A stretch of 64,000 nt of DNA. Source: a virus. Taxonomy: Duplodnaviria; Caudoviricetes. A program made the translations under genes and the position numbers. Below, piece by piece: positions 1 to 10,944 of this stretch. Location: positions 288,001-352,000 of IMG/VR virus record IMGVR_UViG_3300014205_000170; one strand, given 5' to 3'. Below the pieces are notes generated by a model. That model made no database searches. It was not told the origin of the DNA and saw only the letters and a list, made by a program, of their open reading frames with translations. Within the stretch, counting starts at the first letter, position 1. Each line of letters begins with the position of its first letter.

Positions 1-509
1 GGTCGTATTAAAGAAGTATCGCCATATATATTACTTAATCTAACATTAATTACTGGAACCTTATCTTTATAAAATTCTACTACTTGCTCTGCTAAATATT
101 TACTGAACAAGTATTCATTTTGATATGGATACACTTCATCACTTTCATTGACTGCTCTTTCTTTTGGTTCATTTCCATAAAGAAGGATACTCGTAAAACA
201 AACAAACTTCTTAAGCTTACGTGTTTGCATATAATGAAGAGCCTGTTTTAAAGGAATCACATTATAGTCAATACTTTTCATACATTCTGAATTCAATAAA
301 TGATGATTTGAATTGCCTATTAAAAATATAACCTTATCAAATTCTACATCATCTAATTGTGATAAATCACTCATATCAGATATGTGAATATGTGTATTTT
401 TAACACCTTCAAAAGGTGATGTTCGTCCAACAGAAATCATATCCGGATACTCACGTAAAAAAACGTTACCTAGAAATCCACTTCCTCCAAATAATAAAGT
501 TTTTGACAT
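1..509 (-). CDS. NAD-dependent epimerase/dehydratase (partial, runs off window start)
   Basis: Manual translation from ATG at 509: MSKTLLFGGSGFLGNVFL..., a Rossmann GGSGFLG motif; absent from the ORF track because it is truncated. Confidence 0.8.
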   Translation of the reverse strand, partial: MSKTLLFGGSGFLGNVFLREYPDMISVGRTSPFEGVKNTHIHISDMSDLSQLDDVEFDKVIFLIGNSNHHLLNSECMKSIDYNVIPLKQALHYMQTRKLKKFVCFTSILLYGNEPKERAVNESDEVYPYQNEYLFSKYLAEQVVEFYKDKVPVINVRLSNIYGDTSLIR

Positions 510-1372
510 TACGATACAAAATGATTTTTAAAATATTTTTCCCACATATAATCTTCTGGAATTACGAATTCTTTAGCTTTTTCAAAGTTTTCTTTGATTG
601 CATCTAAACTATCAATATAATTTTGTTCTGTAGCTTGTAACAAAATTGGCTCCAATTCACTTATATCATCAAAAGACAAAATACCTTTAGGATTAAAAAA
701 ATCTGAAATAGATTTACAACCCCAATAAATAGGAATTGTTCCAGTCATTAAACAATCGATTAATTTTTCACTAAATAAAGCATCACAATTATCTTGTTCA
801 ACAATAATAGAGTATTTAAAATCTTTTAAAGCTTCTATTTTATTTTGAACAAATTGATAACCACCTCCATATAGCCCCTCAATGTGAGTGCCATACTTTT
901 GAATAATTTCATGTCTCAATCTATGACCGGTAGTAGTATTTTTAGAAGATGCGATAATAGATATGTTTTTACTTTTAGGATAAATAAATCTTTCATTAGG
1001 AAGAATCCAACAACCTCCAAATGCATAAAACTTAAATTTATCAGGATTTAAGTTAATTAAATTTTTGTTAAAAGTCAATATGTAGCTAAACTTATTATAG
1101 TTATCTGGATTCGAAATAAAATCATATGGTTTTTGATTGCTTCCAGGGGCTTCAATAATAAAACCTACCTTAAATTTTTCATCGAATTGGTCAACATATT
1201 CTAGGGTATCCTCTGAAAAAACAATTAAATCTCCTATTTTTTGCGTACCTCTATACCAATCAAAATTAACCGGTGGGATATTTAAATCTCCAGTACCAAA
1301 ACTCTTTCCATGTGCAAATTGATTATCAATTAATTTAATTTGTAAACGATTATTTTCTGTCATTTCACTCAT
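509..1372 (-). CDS. Glycosyltransferase family 10 (fucosyltransferase-like)
   Basis: FKYSIIVEQ...FSEKLIDCLMTGTIPIYWG matches the GT10 motif. Confidence 0.75.
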   Translation of the reverse strand: MSEMTENNRLQIKLIDNQFAHGKSFGTGDLNIPPVNFDWYRGTQKIGDLIVFSEDTLEYVDQFDEKFKVGFIIEAPGSNQKPYDFISNPDNYNKFSYILTFNKNLINLNPDKFKFYAFGGCWILPNERFIYPKSKNISIIASSKNTTTGHRLRHEIIQKYGTHIEGLYGGGYQFVQNKIEALKDFKYSIIVEQDNCDALFSEKLIDCLMTGTIPIYWGCKSISDFFNPKGILSFDDISELEPILLQATEQNYIDSLDAIKENFEKAKEFVIPEDYMWEKYFKNHFVS

Positions 1373-2258
1373 AATAAAATTCTTTTAATATTTGTTCTTT
1401 TAATGTAATAATTTCTTTTTTTTCGTCTTCTGTACTGTCTTTAAACACATTATAAATATTGGTCATGTGTTGAATCATTGGATTGTCGTAGTAAGTAGGT
1501 GGATGATTTAAATGAAAGATATCAATTTCAGGATTATCTGATACTTCCATTTTGTGAGTTAAATCCACTTTGCTCCAAAAAAATATATCTTCCGGAGCAT
1601 TAGCTTTAAAAAGTTCTGGGTCATAACCTCCAACTTTGAAGAATAAATCTTTTTCTATAAAGATTGAACCTCCTGGTGCACCAATAAATTGAGGTAAATT
1701 AATGCCTTCTGTGCCTAATTTAAATGAATCAATATTGATAGCACCTTGAATAACTTTATCTGTTAAATCTTGATTTAAATATAATACTCTACGACCATGA
1801 AAACATTGAATAGCTTTACAATTTTTAGTAGCAATATTTTGAAACAATTTCTCAAAAAAATCGCTTTGTATCAAACAATCAATATCATGAAACAAAAAAT
1901 ATTTAGATTTAACTGTAAATAAAGCGCCAACATTAAGACATAAGCATTTGTTAAATAATTCATTCTTCTCTGATTGAATCCAGACATAATTAATTTTATG
2001 ATTCTTACAAAATTTAGAATGTTCCGGTATGTCAGAGAATTCAACAATAGTATAAGCAATCTTTAAATTAGATTTTTCTTTTGCTTTTAAAAAACTATTA
2101 TACATAGGGGCGGCAAAATTCATCCTTCCCCTAACAGGAATAATGAAATTCACATCAAACAATGTATCTTCATTATATAATACTGAAACATTGTTGTTTA
2201 TTACTTTTTTATAATCAACACTATTTCTAGATAATTCCTTTTTTATAAAATCAATCAT
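1365..2258 (-). CDS. Glycosyltransferase (GT2/GT7 galactosyltransferase-like)
   Basis: FNKCLCLNVG, FHDID (DxD), GGYDPELF...PEDIFF. Confidence 0.8.
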   Translation of the reverse strand: MIDFIKKELSRNSVDYKKVINNNVSVLYNEDTLFDVNFIIPVRGRMNFAAPMYNSFLKAKEKSNLKIAYTIVEFSDIPEHSKFCKNHKINYVWIQSEKNELFNKCLCLNVGALFTVKSKYFLFHDIDCLIQSDFFEKLFQNIATKNCKAIQCFHGRRVLYLNQDLTDKVIQGAINIDSFKLGTEGINLPQFIGAPGGSIFIEKDLFFKVGGYDPELFKANAPEDIFFWSKVDLTHKMEVSDNPEIDIFHLNHPPTYYDNPMIQHMTNIYNVFKDSTEDEKKEIITLKEQILKEFYYE

Positions 2259-2276
2259 ATAATAATTTAAATTACT

Positions 2277-2801
2277 TTAATCGTTTTCACCATATTTTTT
2301 AATGAGCCATTCTGAAATAAAACCTTTATATTTTTGTCTATTTTCTAATGGTAAATTTTTATACGACCCTATTTTTTTTCTACAATTCTCAGCTCCACAA
2401 TTACAATTTAAAACCCAATAGTAAAACGAATCTGGATTTTCAGTATCATTATCCTCGCTCATTTCATAATCCCAAGTTATTTCTTCATCAACTTCAATAT
2501 CTCTCATTGCTACTATTTGAAATAAATTTTTAATCCCGCAATTAGGTTCACACGAATGATTTAAATAAATTGCAAGATTGGTAGCGTATTTCCACTTACC
2601 ATCTTCAAATTGAATACAATGGTCATTTAAATGTTCAGTCCAATCTTTTTGTCCATTTGCCGGAACATTACTTACCACATTTTCATCTGTATATATAGAG
2701 CCTTCAAATTCACTTATGATTTCTCCAGCATTTATTTTGCTTTTGGCAAAAACACCTTTGCCAAATTTAGATTCTCTTAATTCAACTTTTAAATTATCCA
2801 T
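2277..2801 (-). CDS. SET-domain protein-lysine methyltransferase
   Basis: GKGVFA, YLNHSCEPN, EEITWDY and post-SET CNCGAENCR. Confidence 0.9.
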   Translation of the reverse strand: MDNLKVELRESKFGKGVFAKSKINAGEIISEFEGSIYTDENVVSNVPANGQKDWTEHLNDHCIQFEDGKWKYATNLAIYLNHSCEPNCGIKNLFQIVAMRDIEVDEEITWDYEMSEDNDTENPDSFYYWVLNCNCGAENCRKKIGSYKNLPLENRQKYKGFISEWLIKKYGEND

Positions 2802-3124
2802 TATATTCGTTTCTCTGTTATTACATTTCTACTTTCCGCTTCTGCATTAAAGTAAGAAGAAATTCTATCTAATTTTTTATCAATAAATTTTATTCTATCT
2901 AAAAAATGTTTTTGTTGTTTTTCAGTTGTTAAAATAGTTGGGACATTTAAACATTCTACTTTTGTGGGCATATCTCTTACGGGTACAAAAATACTTAATA
3001 CTTGGTCTTCATCCCCATCTTTTAATTGAGCTTCTTTTTTAACACGTCTTATATAATTTCCAACGTCTTCTTGGCTCATATTTCCAACATTCATATAAAA
3101 AACAAGTATAGTTTTGTCCAACAT
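2801..3124 (-). CDS. Hypothetical protein (C-terminal RNVITEK motif)
   Basis: ORF in operon; carries the recurrent motif. Confidence 0.6.
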   Translation of the reverse strand: MLDKTILVFYMNVGNMSQEDVGNYIRRVKKEAQLKDGDEDQVLSIFVPVRDMPTKVECLNVPTILTTEKQQKHFLDRIKFIDKKLDRISSYFNAEAESRNVITEKRI

Positions 3125-3135
3125 TTTAAATCGTA

Positions 3136-3939
3136 TTATTTTTCTTGTTGTGTTTCTTCTTCTTTTTTAACCTCTCTACTAGGCTTAGAAATATGTGCCC
3201 AACATCCATCAACATTTTCAAAACTCATTTCTGATAATTCAATTGGCTTATCATTTAGGTACATTTCGTTGATTTGTTTTTGGTCAGGCCCAGCAATATC
3301 TTTCACGATAACATTATTTGTAAACGAATACATTATGTTCTTCGGAAAAAATTCAAACACTTCTGCCATTTTTTCTTCCAATTCATCAAAATTATTAAAA
3401 GATACTTGTTTTAATAATTTCATAAATTCTTTTGTTCTAAAAATATGACCTTCAGTAGAAAAAGGGAATCCATAATCTAAATAATGCTTTAACCAATCCC
3501 ACTTCATAATTTTATCATCCATAAGAAATGTTTCACCAAATAAAGTATTATTAGTATTCATATTTCTACATACTTTTGTATTTTTTCCTAATCGTAAAGA
3601 AAAACAAAACGCATCTTGGTCTGCATTTAAAATATCAGGGATTGCTGCAAAATTCTCTGGCGAATATAAAATATCATCATCTCTTAAAAACATACTGAAT
3701 TGAGCATTACTTTGAAATAACCTTAAAATACCTTCTTTAAAATTAGAATATCCTGTCCAATTAATATTTAAATCTGAAAATTCTTCTTTTACTTTTTCAT
3801 ATAAAGGTTCAAAATCAGAATTGGCAGAACGATGCATTACATTCAAATTGAATGAGTTTAAAGAATTTTTTCTAATGCTTTGTAGTAAAATCCTTAATCT
3901 CGCTGGATTATTTTCACTTAAAATTACTGTGTTTATCAT
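3136..3939 (-). CDS. Glycosyltransferase-like protein
   Basis: GT-A-like N-terminus, FLRDDDILY, FCFSLRLG; located in the GT cluster. Confidence 0.6.
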   Translation of the reverse strand: MINTVILSENNPARLRILLQSIRKNSLNSFNLNVMHRSANSDFEPLYEKVKEEFSDLNINWTGYSNFKEGILRLFQSNAQFSMFLRDDDILYSPENFAAIPDILNADQDAFCFSLRLGKNTKVCRNMNTNNTLFGETFLMDDKIMKWDWLKHYLDYGFPFSTEGHIFRTKEFMKLLKQVSFNNFDELEEKMAEVFEFFPKNIMYSFTNNVIVKDIAGPDQKQINEMYLNDKPIELSEMSFENVDGCWAHISKPSREVKKEEETQQEK

Positions 3940-3959
3940 ATTGTTTTTTTATATTAATA

Positions 3960-4424
3960 TTACTTATCCAAAATCATATCAAAAGAGATAATATTATGAA
4001 ATTGCACTACATCATTTTCAATAGTTCCTGTTGCTCTCAACGAAGTCCTAATTAAGTTATTCAAATATAATTCATGAATAAATTGAGACTTATCAGTATT
4101 TAAAAATTGAATTGTGCCATACACAACTTTATCTTGAATATATATATTCTTTATTATGTGAGTACTATTTTTAAGGTCAACAACAGTTCCGCTACCACCC
4201 TGTAATTCTTGTGCACCAAAAAATTCTCCCAACAAAAAGTCTGTTGATGTGTTTTTTATACAATCTTCTAATGAAATCCAATTAACTTCTCCATAACCCC
4301 AATAAGGAGATTTAAAATCTGTTAAAAAAACATTTTTAAAAACATTATTGTATTTTTCAAATAAAACTTTTCTATTACCCAAATGCCTATCAACATTTAA
4401 AGTAGTGATTGGAAACATTCCCAT
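3960..4424 (-). CDS. Degenerate prohead protease (T4 gp21-like) paralogue with RKVLFEK tag
   Basis: LLGEF...VDLKNSTHII...VYGTIQFLNT...TSLRATG...IISFDMI follows the gp21 layout, but GELDHP and SSRG are altered. Confidence 0.55.
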   Translation of the reverse strand: MGMFPITTLNVDRHLGNRKVLFEKYNNVFKNVFLTDFKSPYWGYGEVNWISLEDCIKNTSTDFLLGEFFGAQELQGGSGTVVDLKNSTHIIKNIYIQDKVVYGTIQFLNTDKSQFIHELYLNNLIRTSLRATGTIENDVVQFHNIISFDMILDK

Positions 4425-4762
4425 TATAATTCCTCCCTCTCAATCCATTTCCAACCCAAAAAGAAAGCAATTGCAAATCTGTTAAATCTAGTTGGTCTTT
4501 TATTTGACATTAATAAAAGTTGTTTATTTCCACCAGTAACATCATATCCACCTTTGGTATCTTGTGTTTTATTTAAAACGACTCTATCTTGAGTAACCAT
4601 TATTCCACAATTTTGATTAACATTGTTTTGAACAGCAAAAAATACATGATTTGCAACAATGGGATTTGGATTATATTTTTCAAATAATACAATGTTTTTA
4701 CGCTTATTTTTAAGCATCTTTCTTGAAACTTCAAATTTCCTTTTTAAAATCTTGAAAATCAT
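4424..4762 (-). CDS. Hypothetical protein (NIVLFEK motif)
   Basis: ORF in operon. Confidence 0.55.
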   Translation of the reverse strand: MIFKILKRKFEVSRKMLKNKRKNIVLFEKYNPNPIVANHVFFAVQNNVNQNCGIMVTQDRVVLNKTQDTKGGYDVTGGNKQLLLMSNKRPTRFNRFAIAFFLGWKWIEREEL

Positions 4763-5445
4763 TTTTTTAGTTTTTTATATTTCCAAACAAAATTGTTGGA
4801 AGTTTTTAATATACCGCGACAAGCTCTTGAGATACCTGTTGGATTTATATTTAAACCTCTACCCGCTTCTCTAATGCTATTCCACTCTTTTATTAATATT
4901 TTATTTAAATCATATTGCAAAATTGGTTTAGATTTTATTTTTATATTATAATTTGACAAATCCTTTCTAATATTTCCTCGATTAACACTCTTTCCTGTAA
5001 TTGCATTTTTGTGTAATTGTCGCCATTTTTTTTCTCTTCTACATGCTTCTTCTGCTCCATATTTCTCATTCCAAATTTTTAATATCATTGCAACAGAGGG
5101 AGCATTTGCCTTTTTATTGATATTGTACCCATGTTGACTAGAATAAGATTGTTTATAGTTAAGCCAATAATCTTCTCTATTCAACAATAAATTTTCAGAT
5201 ACTGTTTCTAATATTTGAAATTCAAATACTTCTGACCCATATTTATTCCAAGCACGTTGAAGTTTATAATTATTGTGTTTATTTTTAATAAGGGCACGTT
5301 TATGCTGTTTAAATCTCTTGTACATATCATTTGAACTGCCAATATATAATTTTTGACTTAACACATTTATGATAGCATAAATTCCCACTATTTTATTTGT
5401 AACTTTCAATTGTATTAAACTTATTTTTTTTAGTAATTGCTTCAT
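4759..5445 (-). mobile_element. GIY-YIG homing endonuclease with C-terminal NUMOD1-like DNA-binding domain
   Basis: VGIYAIINVLSQKLYIGSS; KPILQYDL...WNSIREAGR...ISRAC; overlaps the 3' end of the upstream GT; start uncertain. Confidence 0.85.
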
Positions 5446-6241
5446 GGCAACTCCATTGTAAATTTTGGTCAACTTTATCATCACTTATAGGATTGTTCCT
5501 ATTATATACATATAAAGCTTTGTCATTATGTTTAGTTTTTTCAAATCCAGCTATTTCTAACAAAGGTAAGAACATACAAACATCATATGCTGATTTATAC
5601 CATTCTCCAGTTGCATCTTTAAAACAATTAAAATCTGGGTCTTGTTTACCAATTTCATGATAAATTCCAGCTCTAAATGTTCTTATATGAGATACTTTAA
5701 ATGGTACTTTTCTTAAGCGCGGAAACTCTTCTTTAGTATATGGTGCTGAACAACACTTTCTTCCATCAGTCCACTTTGAACTTCCGTACATTATCCAACA
5801 ATCATGTTCATTATAATACTCATTGATATATGAAAGTGCATTTTTATTTAATAACCAATCGTCTCCATCTAAAATAACTACAATATCATCAGGGTCAGTA
5901 CAAAAATTCATTACTCCATTATGAATATTGGCAAGTGCTGTATTTCTTTGACTAGAACGCCAAGCCAGTACATTACTACATTTAGTAATTTCCAATAAAG
6001 GATGTTTTTCTATAATAACAGGTTTTCCTTCCTCATCCAATTCTGGAGTTCCATCAGCCTTAGTTTTAAATTTACAATCCGGTATTTTACTATAAGACCC
6101 ATCAGTTGAACAATCATCTATAAACAAAACCTCGTAATTTTCATAATTCTGTGTTAATATAGAATTAATGCACATATCCAAAAATTCGCCTGGATTATAG
6201 AAAGGTACAACAATTTTGATTTTATTTAACTTCTTTTCCAT
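5393..6241 (-). CDS. Glycosyltransferase family 2
   Basis: IVVPFYN, FIDDCSTDGS, LDGDDWL. Confidence 0.9.
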   Translation of the reverse strand: MEKKLNKIKIVVPFYNPGEFLDMCINSILTQNYENYEVLFIDDCSTDGSYSKIPDCKFKTKADGTPELDEEGKPVIIEKHPLLEITKCSNVLAWRSSQRNTALANIHNGVMNFCTDPDDIVVILDGDDWLLNKNALSYINEYYNEHDCWIMYGSSKWTDGRKCCSAPYTKEEFPRLRKVPFKVSHIRTFRAGIYHEIGKQDPDFNCFKDATGEWYKSAYDVCMFLPLLEIAGFEKTKHNDKALYVYNRNNPISDDKVDQNLQWSCHEAITKKNKFNTIESYK

Positions 6242-6346
6242 TTTCGTATTCTATTTTAAACAAAAATATCCTATTTATATATCAAAGTCAAGTTGAAAAA
6301 GGAATATTAAATTTTCCTTCATATTTAATTAAAAGTGTTTAAAAAA

Positions 6347-6769
6347 ATGGCTAAAAATAAAATATCTAAAGACAATGTTCTTCAACTAATAAAAGAAGAA
6401 GCTTACATTTTAACCAGAAAAAATGAACTTTTCAAAGAAATTCAAAAAATCGAAGAGGAATTAAAAAACATCAACGAATGTATGGGTATGGCAGGACAAG
6501 GTCTTGTAGGAACTTTCGGTTTTAATAGCCCAACTGATGGTGGAAACAAAAATCATACTGGATTTGTAAATCCAATGAGTATTTCTCATATCGAGCAACT
6601 TGCTAAAGATATGGGTATGGAAAATCCATATAACGATAAAAACAGTGTTGGTTTTGGTGACGAAATTAACCCTGCTCAAAAAGAAGATTCAGCAGCTATT
6701 CAGCAAGAAAATGAACTTCTAAGAAAAGAATTAGGCGAACTTAAAGCTTTGCTTGGTAAAAACAAATAA
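6347..6769 (+). CDS. Putative head-associated protein
   Basis: LIKEEA/INE motifs shared with the next gene; TATTTA promoter-like motif upstream; start placed at MAKNK. Confidence 0.5.
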   Translation: MAKNKISKDNVLQLIKEEAYILTRKNELFKEIQKIEEELKNINECMGMAGQGLVGTFGFNSPTDGGNKNHTGFVNPMSISHIEQLAKDMGMENPYNDKNSVGFGDEINPAQKEDSAAIQQENELLRKELGELKALLGKNK

Positions 6770-6794
6770 ACAAACAACTATAAAAAAATAAAAA

Positions 6795-7526
6795 ATGGGA
6801 AAAATCACTATCACAAAATCAGAACTTAGTAGAATTATCAAAGAAGAAGCTTTGAAATTCAAAAAAGCAATTACGCTTAAAGGCGAGCTTGATAAAATCA
6901 ATAGCGAACTTAAAAAGCTTAATGAAAATGAAGAAATTAGCGAAGTAACAGCTGGTTCAGAAATGAATGCAACCGAAAACGGTGGAGTTCATGCTGGACA
7001 AAGAAAGCCTAACTTTAGCACAAAAAATGGCAATCCAAGCCTTAAAATGGAAGATGAAGAAGAAATCACAGATGTTGAAGCAGATGTAGAAACTGATGCT
7101 GACATGGATGTTGATTCTGACACAGTAAGTAAAGCAGATTTAGTTAAAGCACTTGATGACCTTAAAATGGCATTAGGTTTAATTGAAGGGCCTGCTGATG
7201 ATATGTCTCCAGAAGAAGCTCCAATTGAAGGTGGTGATGATTTAGAAAATGACGAACCGGCTAATGAAGAAGGTGATGAAATTTTCGAATTTGACACAGA
7301 AAGCTCTAAAAAAGAAGAAGGAGCTCCAAAAATGGAAGAATGTGGTATTAAAGAAAACCTTGACGAACCTATCGAAGGGGAGAGTGTTGTTCAAAATGCA
7401 ACAGAAGACAAAGTTAACGATAATATGAAAAAAGATACTCATGTTAGCGAAAACACCGAAGTTAATTCTTTGATGGAGTCTGAAAAGAAGAGAATGGCTC
7501 AACTTGCAGGTATTGTTAAAGGCTAA
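6795..7526 (+). CDS. Acidic putative scaffold/head protein
   Basis: IIKEEA, very D/E-rich, many (I/L)xE sites, C-terminal RMAQLAGI. Confidence 0.5.
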   Translation: MGKITITKSELSRIIKEEALKFKKAITLKGELDKINSELKKLNENEEISEVTAGSEMNATENGGVHAGQRKPNFSTKNGNPSLKMEDEEEITDVEADVETDADMDVDSDTVSKADLVKALDDLKMALGLIEGPADDMSPEEAPIEGGDDLENDEPANEEGDEIFEFDTESSKKEEGAPKMEECGIKENLDEPIEGESVVQNATEDKVNDNMKKDTHVSENTEVNSLMESEKKRMAQLAGIVKG

Positions 7527-7552
7527 TTTTTTAAAAAATAAAGTTGTTTGTA

Positions 7553-7589
7553 AAAAAACTCCGGTAAAAAACATCCGGGGTTTTTTTTT
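7553..7589 (+). terminator. Intrinsic terminator
   Basis: aactccgg...ccggggtt stem followed by a T-run. Confidence 0.75.
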
Positions 7590-7667
7590 AAAAAAAAATT
7601 TTTATCAAAAGTACAATTATAGATTTCAAAACACTATTTATAACAAAACAAATTTAAAACCAAAACG

Positions 7668-8333
7668 ATGATTACATTTTTTAATCCAAAAGCAGGAAAT
7701 CCATTTAGTGTACAATACACAAATGGTAGTAAAGTTTATAAAAAAGAAATCGTACCCAACATGCTTGTTGCAATGAAAGACTTGAGTACATTATCTCAAA
7801 TCAAAAACTTCAGCGCTCTAACAAGAGAAGGTATTACGATTTATGATTATACTAGAAACGTATATGCTTTTAGTGCAGCTACATTCAGAACTGGTTTCAA
7901 AGGAGAAACCAACATGACTGGTATGACTTTTATTACTCCTTTGGTAAGTGTATCAACAGGTTGGACATTTGTTACTTCTGCTGCAACAGCTGGAGTTGCT
8001 TTAAACACAATTACGGCAAACACATTAGGTAATACTATTAGGTTCGCTTATAGTGGCGCAGGTGTTTCAACTACTGCCTGGTTAAATGCCCTTAGAACAA
8101 CAGCGTTTAGCGGAATTCCATTTACAATATTTGGAGAAAGTCCGTTGAATCTCATAACGTCCGGTGCTGCAACAACAGTAGTATTATCAGCTGCAACAGC
8201 AAGTTCTACTCCTTATCAAGCTGTATTTATAGGACATAATGATAAGAAAAATCAATACACTACACTATATGCAATGAATTATGCCACTACACTTTCCGCT
8301 TTACGCGCATTAGTGACTGGAGCAACATCTTAA
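7668..8333 (+). CDS. Putative virion protein (Thr/Ala/Ser-rich)
   Basis: Composition resembles the fibre proteins; TATTTAT motif upstream. Confidence 0.5.
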   Translation: MITFFNPKAGNPFSVQYTNGSKVYKKEIVPNMLVAMKDLSTLSQIKNFSALTREGITIYDYTRNVYAFSAATFRTGFKGETNMTGMTFITPLVSVSTGWTFVTSAATAGVALNTITANTLGNTIRFAYSGAGVSTTAWLNALRTTAFSGIPFTIFGESPLNLITSGAATTVVLSAATASSTPYQAVFIGHNDKKNQYTTLYAMNYATTLSALRALVTGATS

Positions 8334-8350
8334 TTATAGACAACAAAATT

Positions 8351-8440
8351 AAAACCACTAAGAAGACATTTTTAGTGGTTTTTTTATTTCCTTATATGCC
8401 CTAAAATAAAAAAACCGTTAAAAATTATTTAACGGTTTTT
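8351..8440. terminator. Pair of terminator hairpins between convergent genes
   Basis: aaaaccacta/tagtggtttt and aaaaaccgtta/taacggttttt. Confidence 0.7.
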
Positions 8441-8461
8441 AAAATAAGACTGATTTATGTC

Positions 8462-8680
8462 TTACATAATCATTCTACCATTTGAAGTTGAAGGTTGATG
8501 AGATTCAAAACTTCTTCCACAACAAGAACAATTATATACTTTTATCATTTCAGTTAATGCTGGTTGTGATTTTGTAGAATCTAATAATAAGTTAGAGCCT
8601 CCTACAGAAACTCTTTTTACTGATTCGCTCATTATGGAATTTACACATCCAAATGGGCAATTTACTCTTTCTAATAACAT
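8462..8680 (-). CDS. Small zinc-ribbon protein
   Basis: CPFGC...CSCC. Confidence 0.55.
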   Translation of the reverse strand: MLLERVNCPFGCVNSIMSESVKRVSVGGSNLLLDSTKSQPALTEMIKVYNCSCCGRSFESHQPSTSNGRMIM

Positions 8681-8719
8681 AATAATATAGTTTTTAATAT
8701 AAATATGCAGGCAAAAATA

Positions 8720-9445
8720 TTATTCTTTATCCTTATAACGTTCTAAAACTTCTGTAATAAGAGGATTTCTAACCACATCTTGCTCGTTAAATTTAAAAAT
8801 ACCTATTTTTTCTATTCCTTCTAAACGATTTAAAGCATCATACAAACCACTATCTGTATTCTTTTTATATCTATCAGATTGTTCTAAATAACCACTAATA
8901 ATGAATTTGGAATGATGGCCTATACGCGTAATAAGCGTTTTAACTTGTCGAGGAGTTGCATTTTGAAATTCTTCTGCAATAACAATAGAATTATCAATAT
9001 TAATACCTCTCGCATAAGCTAAAGGAAGTATTTGAAGATAACCATTCTCTCTTAATTGATTTGTTCTTTCTTCTCCTATTAATTTATTAAACAAATAAAG
9101 AGTTGAAAATATATAAGGTTGTAATTTTTCATCCGCAGTTCCTGGAAGGAATCCTAATTTCTCATCTGCTTCTACCGCTGGCGTACAGATAATGATTTTA
9201 TAAAATTCATTTTTAGAAGATTTTAAAAGTTCTAATGCTTTCAAAACTGATATCATTGACTTACCAACTCCTGCCGGACCAGAACAGATAATAATTTCTT
9301 TTTGGTCTAAGAGTTCATAAAATATTTTTTGATTATCATTTTTGGGCTTAAAGTAAAGGTCGCCTAATATAACTTCAATTACTCTCTTGGTCTCATTCTT
9401 ATAATCAGAATTACCAGTTTTGTGTTTCTTGTTTTTACCTGCCAT
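8720..9445 (-). CDS. phoH: PhoH-like ATPase
   Basis: GPAGVGKS, LGFLPG, PLAYARG, EEFQN, DVVRNPL. Confidence 0.93.
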   Translation of the reverse strand: MAGKNKKHKTGNSDYKNETKRVIEVILGDLYFKPKNDNQKIFYELLDQKEIIICSGPAGVGKSMISVLKALELLKSSKNEFYKIIICTPAVEADEKLGFLPGTADEKLQPYIFSTLYLFNKLIGEERTNQLRENGYLQILPLAYARGINIDNSIVIAEEFQNATPRQVKTLITRIGHHSKFIISGYLEQSDRYKKNTDSGLYDALNRLEGIEKIGIFKFNEQDVVRNPLITEVLERYKDKE

Positions 9446-9514
9446 TCAAGGGGTTTATCTATAAATATGCTGTTTTTTATAGCTATTTATGTTAGAGCGA
9501 AAAATTTAACAAAA

Positions 9515-10405
9515 ATGGGTCAAAAAATAAATTCTGCTGAAATTGAAGCTTTAATCAGAACAAAGATTAAAGAAAAGGGTCTTTCTGATGATATTACTGA
9601 AGTAAAATTCAGTGAAATTAAAAATGCTATAAAATCTCATTTAAAAAATACAAATACTCAACCAATAGAAGAACAAGCTCCAATAGCACCAGAAGAAACT
9701 ATAAATAACAATATCACACCGGCACAACCAACTGCTAATGCACCTGAAACTATTGCACAAACAATCACTGTTAGTAAAGAAGCAACAGAACTAGCTAAAA
9801 AAGAAGGTGAATTAACACAAAAAGAAAAAGAAATTTCCGACAAACAAGCAGACCTTGCAAATAGAGAAGCTGAATTTCAAAGAAAGCAAGATGAATTAGC
9901 ATATAAACCTCAAATACCAGCTATTTTAAACAATATTGGCAATGAGCAGTTATTTGTTTTTAGTGAAAACGAAATTAGCCTTGGAGCAGAAGCATTATCT
10001 AATACTTATTTCAGATTGATGTCAAATCCTGATGAAAAAAGAACCATGTTAGAATTGTGGACAACTGATGGTAAGAAAAGTGCTGATTTATACATTGTAA
10101 AATTTGAAAAATTAGGTGAAATAACCTTCAATCCTTTCGAAGGAATATCTAAATTTGAAAGCAAACCTATTAGTGATGGACAAAATCCATCAGAAGTACC
10201 AGTTGATGGACTCACACCAGAAGAAGCACAAGCTAGTCAAGAGCCCTCAGAAACAGTTGTAGATGCAATTGAACCGGTGGCTGATGTTTCTTTACCTCTA
10301 TCTAATGATATGGGCTTAAAACCAATAGAATTAGATGGTATTATTAAAAAACGTGTTGAAGATATGATGAATCAATACTTTGCAGAAAAGTTTCCTAAAA
10401 TGTAA
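9515..10405 (+). CDS. Hypothetical coiled-coil protein (possibly head-associated)
   Basis: Start placed at MGQK after a CTATTTAT motif; coiled-coil segment. Confidence 0.55.
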   Translation: MGQKINSAEIEALIRTKIKEKGLSDDITEVKFSEIKNAIKSHLKNTNTQPIEEQAPIAPEETINNNITPAQPTANAPETIAQTITVSKEATELAKKEGELTQKEKEISDKQADLANREAEFQRKQDELAYKPQIPAILNNIGNEQLFVFSENEISLGAEALSNTYFRLMSNPDEKRTMLELWTTDGKKSADLYIVKFEKLGEITFNPFEGISKFESKPISDGQNPSEVPVDGLTPEEAQASQEPSETVVDAIEPVADVSLPLSNDMGLKPIELDGIIKKRVEDMMNQYFAEKFPKM

Positions 10406-10406
10406 T

Positions 10407-10886
10407 ATGACTATTTCAGAACAATATAAAAATCATTTAATAAAATTAGCTGGATTAGTTAAAGAAAATGTTCAATTTAAGGCAACTCAAGGAAGAAGCG
10501 AAGAAAGAACATTAAGCTGGTATTGCGAAGAATATATTTTGGACTTCGCAGAAGATATAGTTAATACACTTGATTTTAACATTTCTAAAATGGAAGGATA
10601 TTTACTGCAAATCAGTAAGGGTTACACAAAAATATCTTCTAATACTTTTAGCACAAAATTAAACATTAAAAAAACAGATAATTCAATAGAACCATTTGAA
10701 TTTCTTTTAACTATTACTGTAAATTTTGAACAAAATTCTAATACTACCGTATCTGTTACATTAAAAGGGGTGACCAATAAATTCACCATGAATTCTAAAC
10801 ATTCAGAAGCTGACCTTTTCGATTTAAAAAATCAGGCAGTAAATTCCTTTTTAAATTCCATTACATTAATCCAAAAGGTTAATTAA
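10407..10886 (+). CDS. Hypothetical protein
   Basis: LIKLAGLVKE resembles the RMAQLAGI motif of 6795..7526. Confidence 0.55.
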   Translation: MTISEQYKNHLIKLAGLVKENVQFKATQGRSEERTLSWYCEEYILDFAEDIVNTLDFNISKMEGYLLQISKGYTKISSNTFSTKLNIKKTDNSIEPFEFLLTITVNFEQNSNTTVSVTLKGVTNKFTMNSKHSEADLFDLKNQAVNSFLNSITLIQKVN

Positions 10887-10944
10887 ATAATAAGAATTTA
10901 CTTTTTCTTACAAAAAAGTACTTTTAACATAAAATAAAACAAAC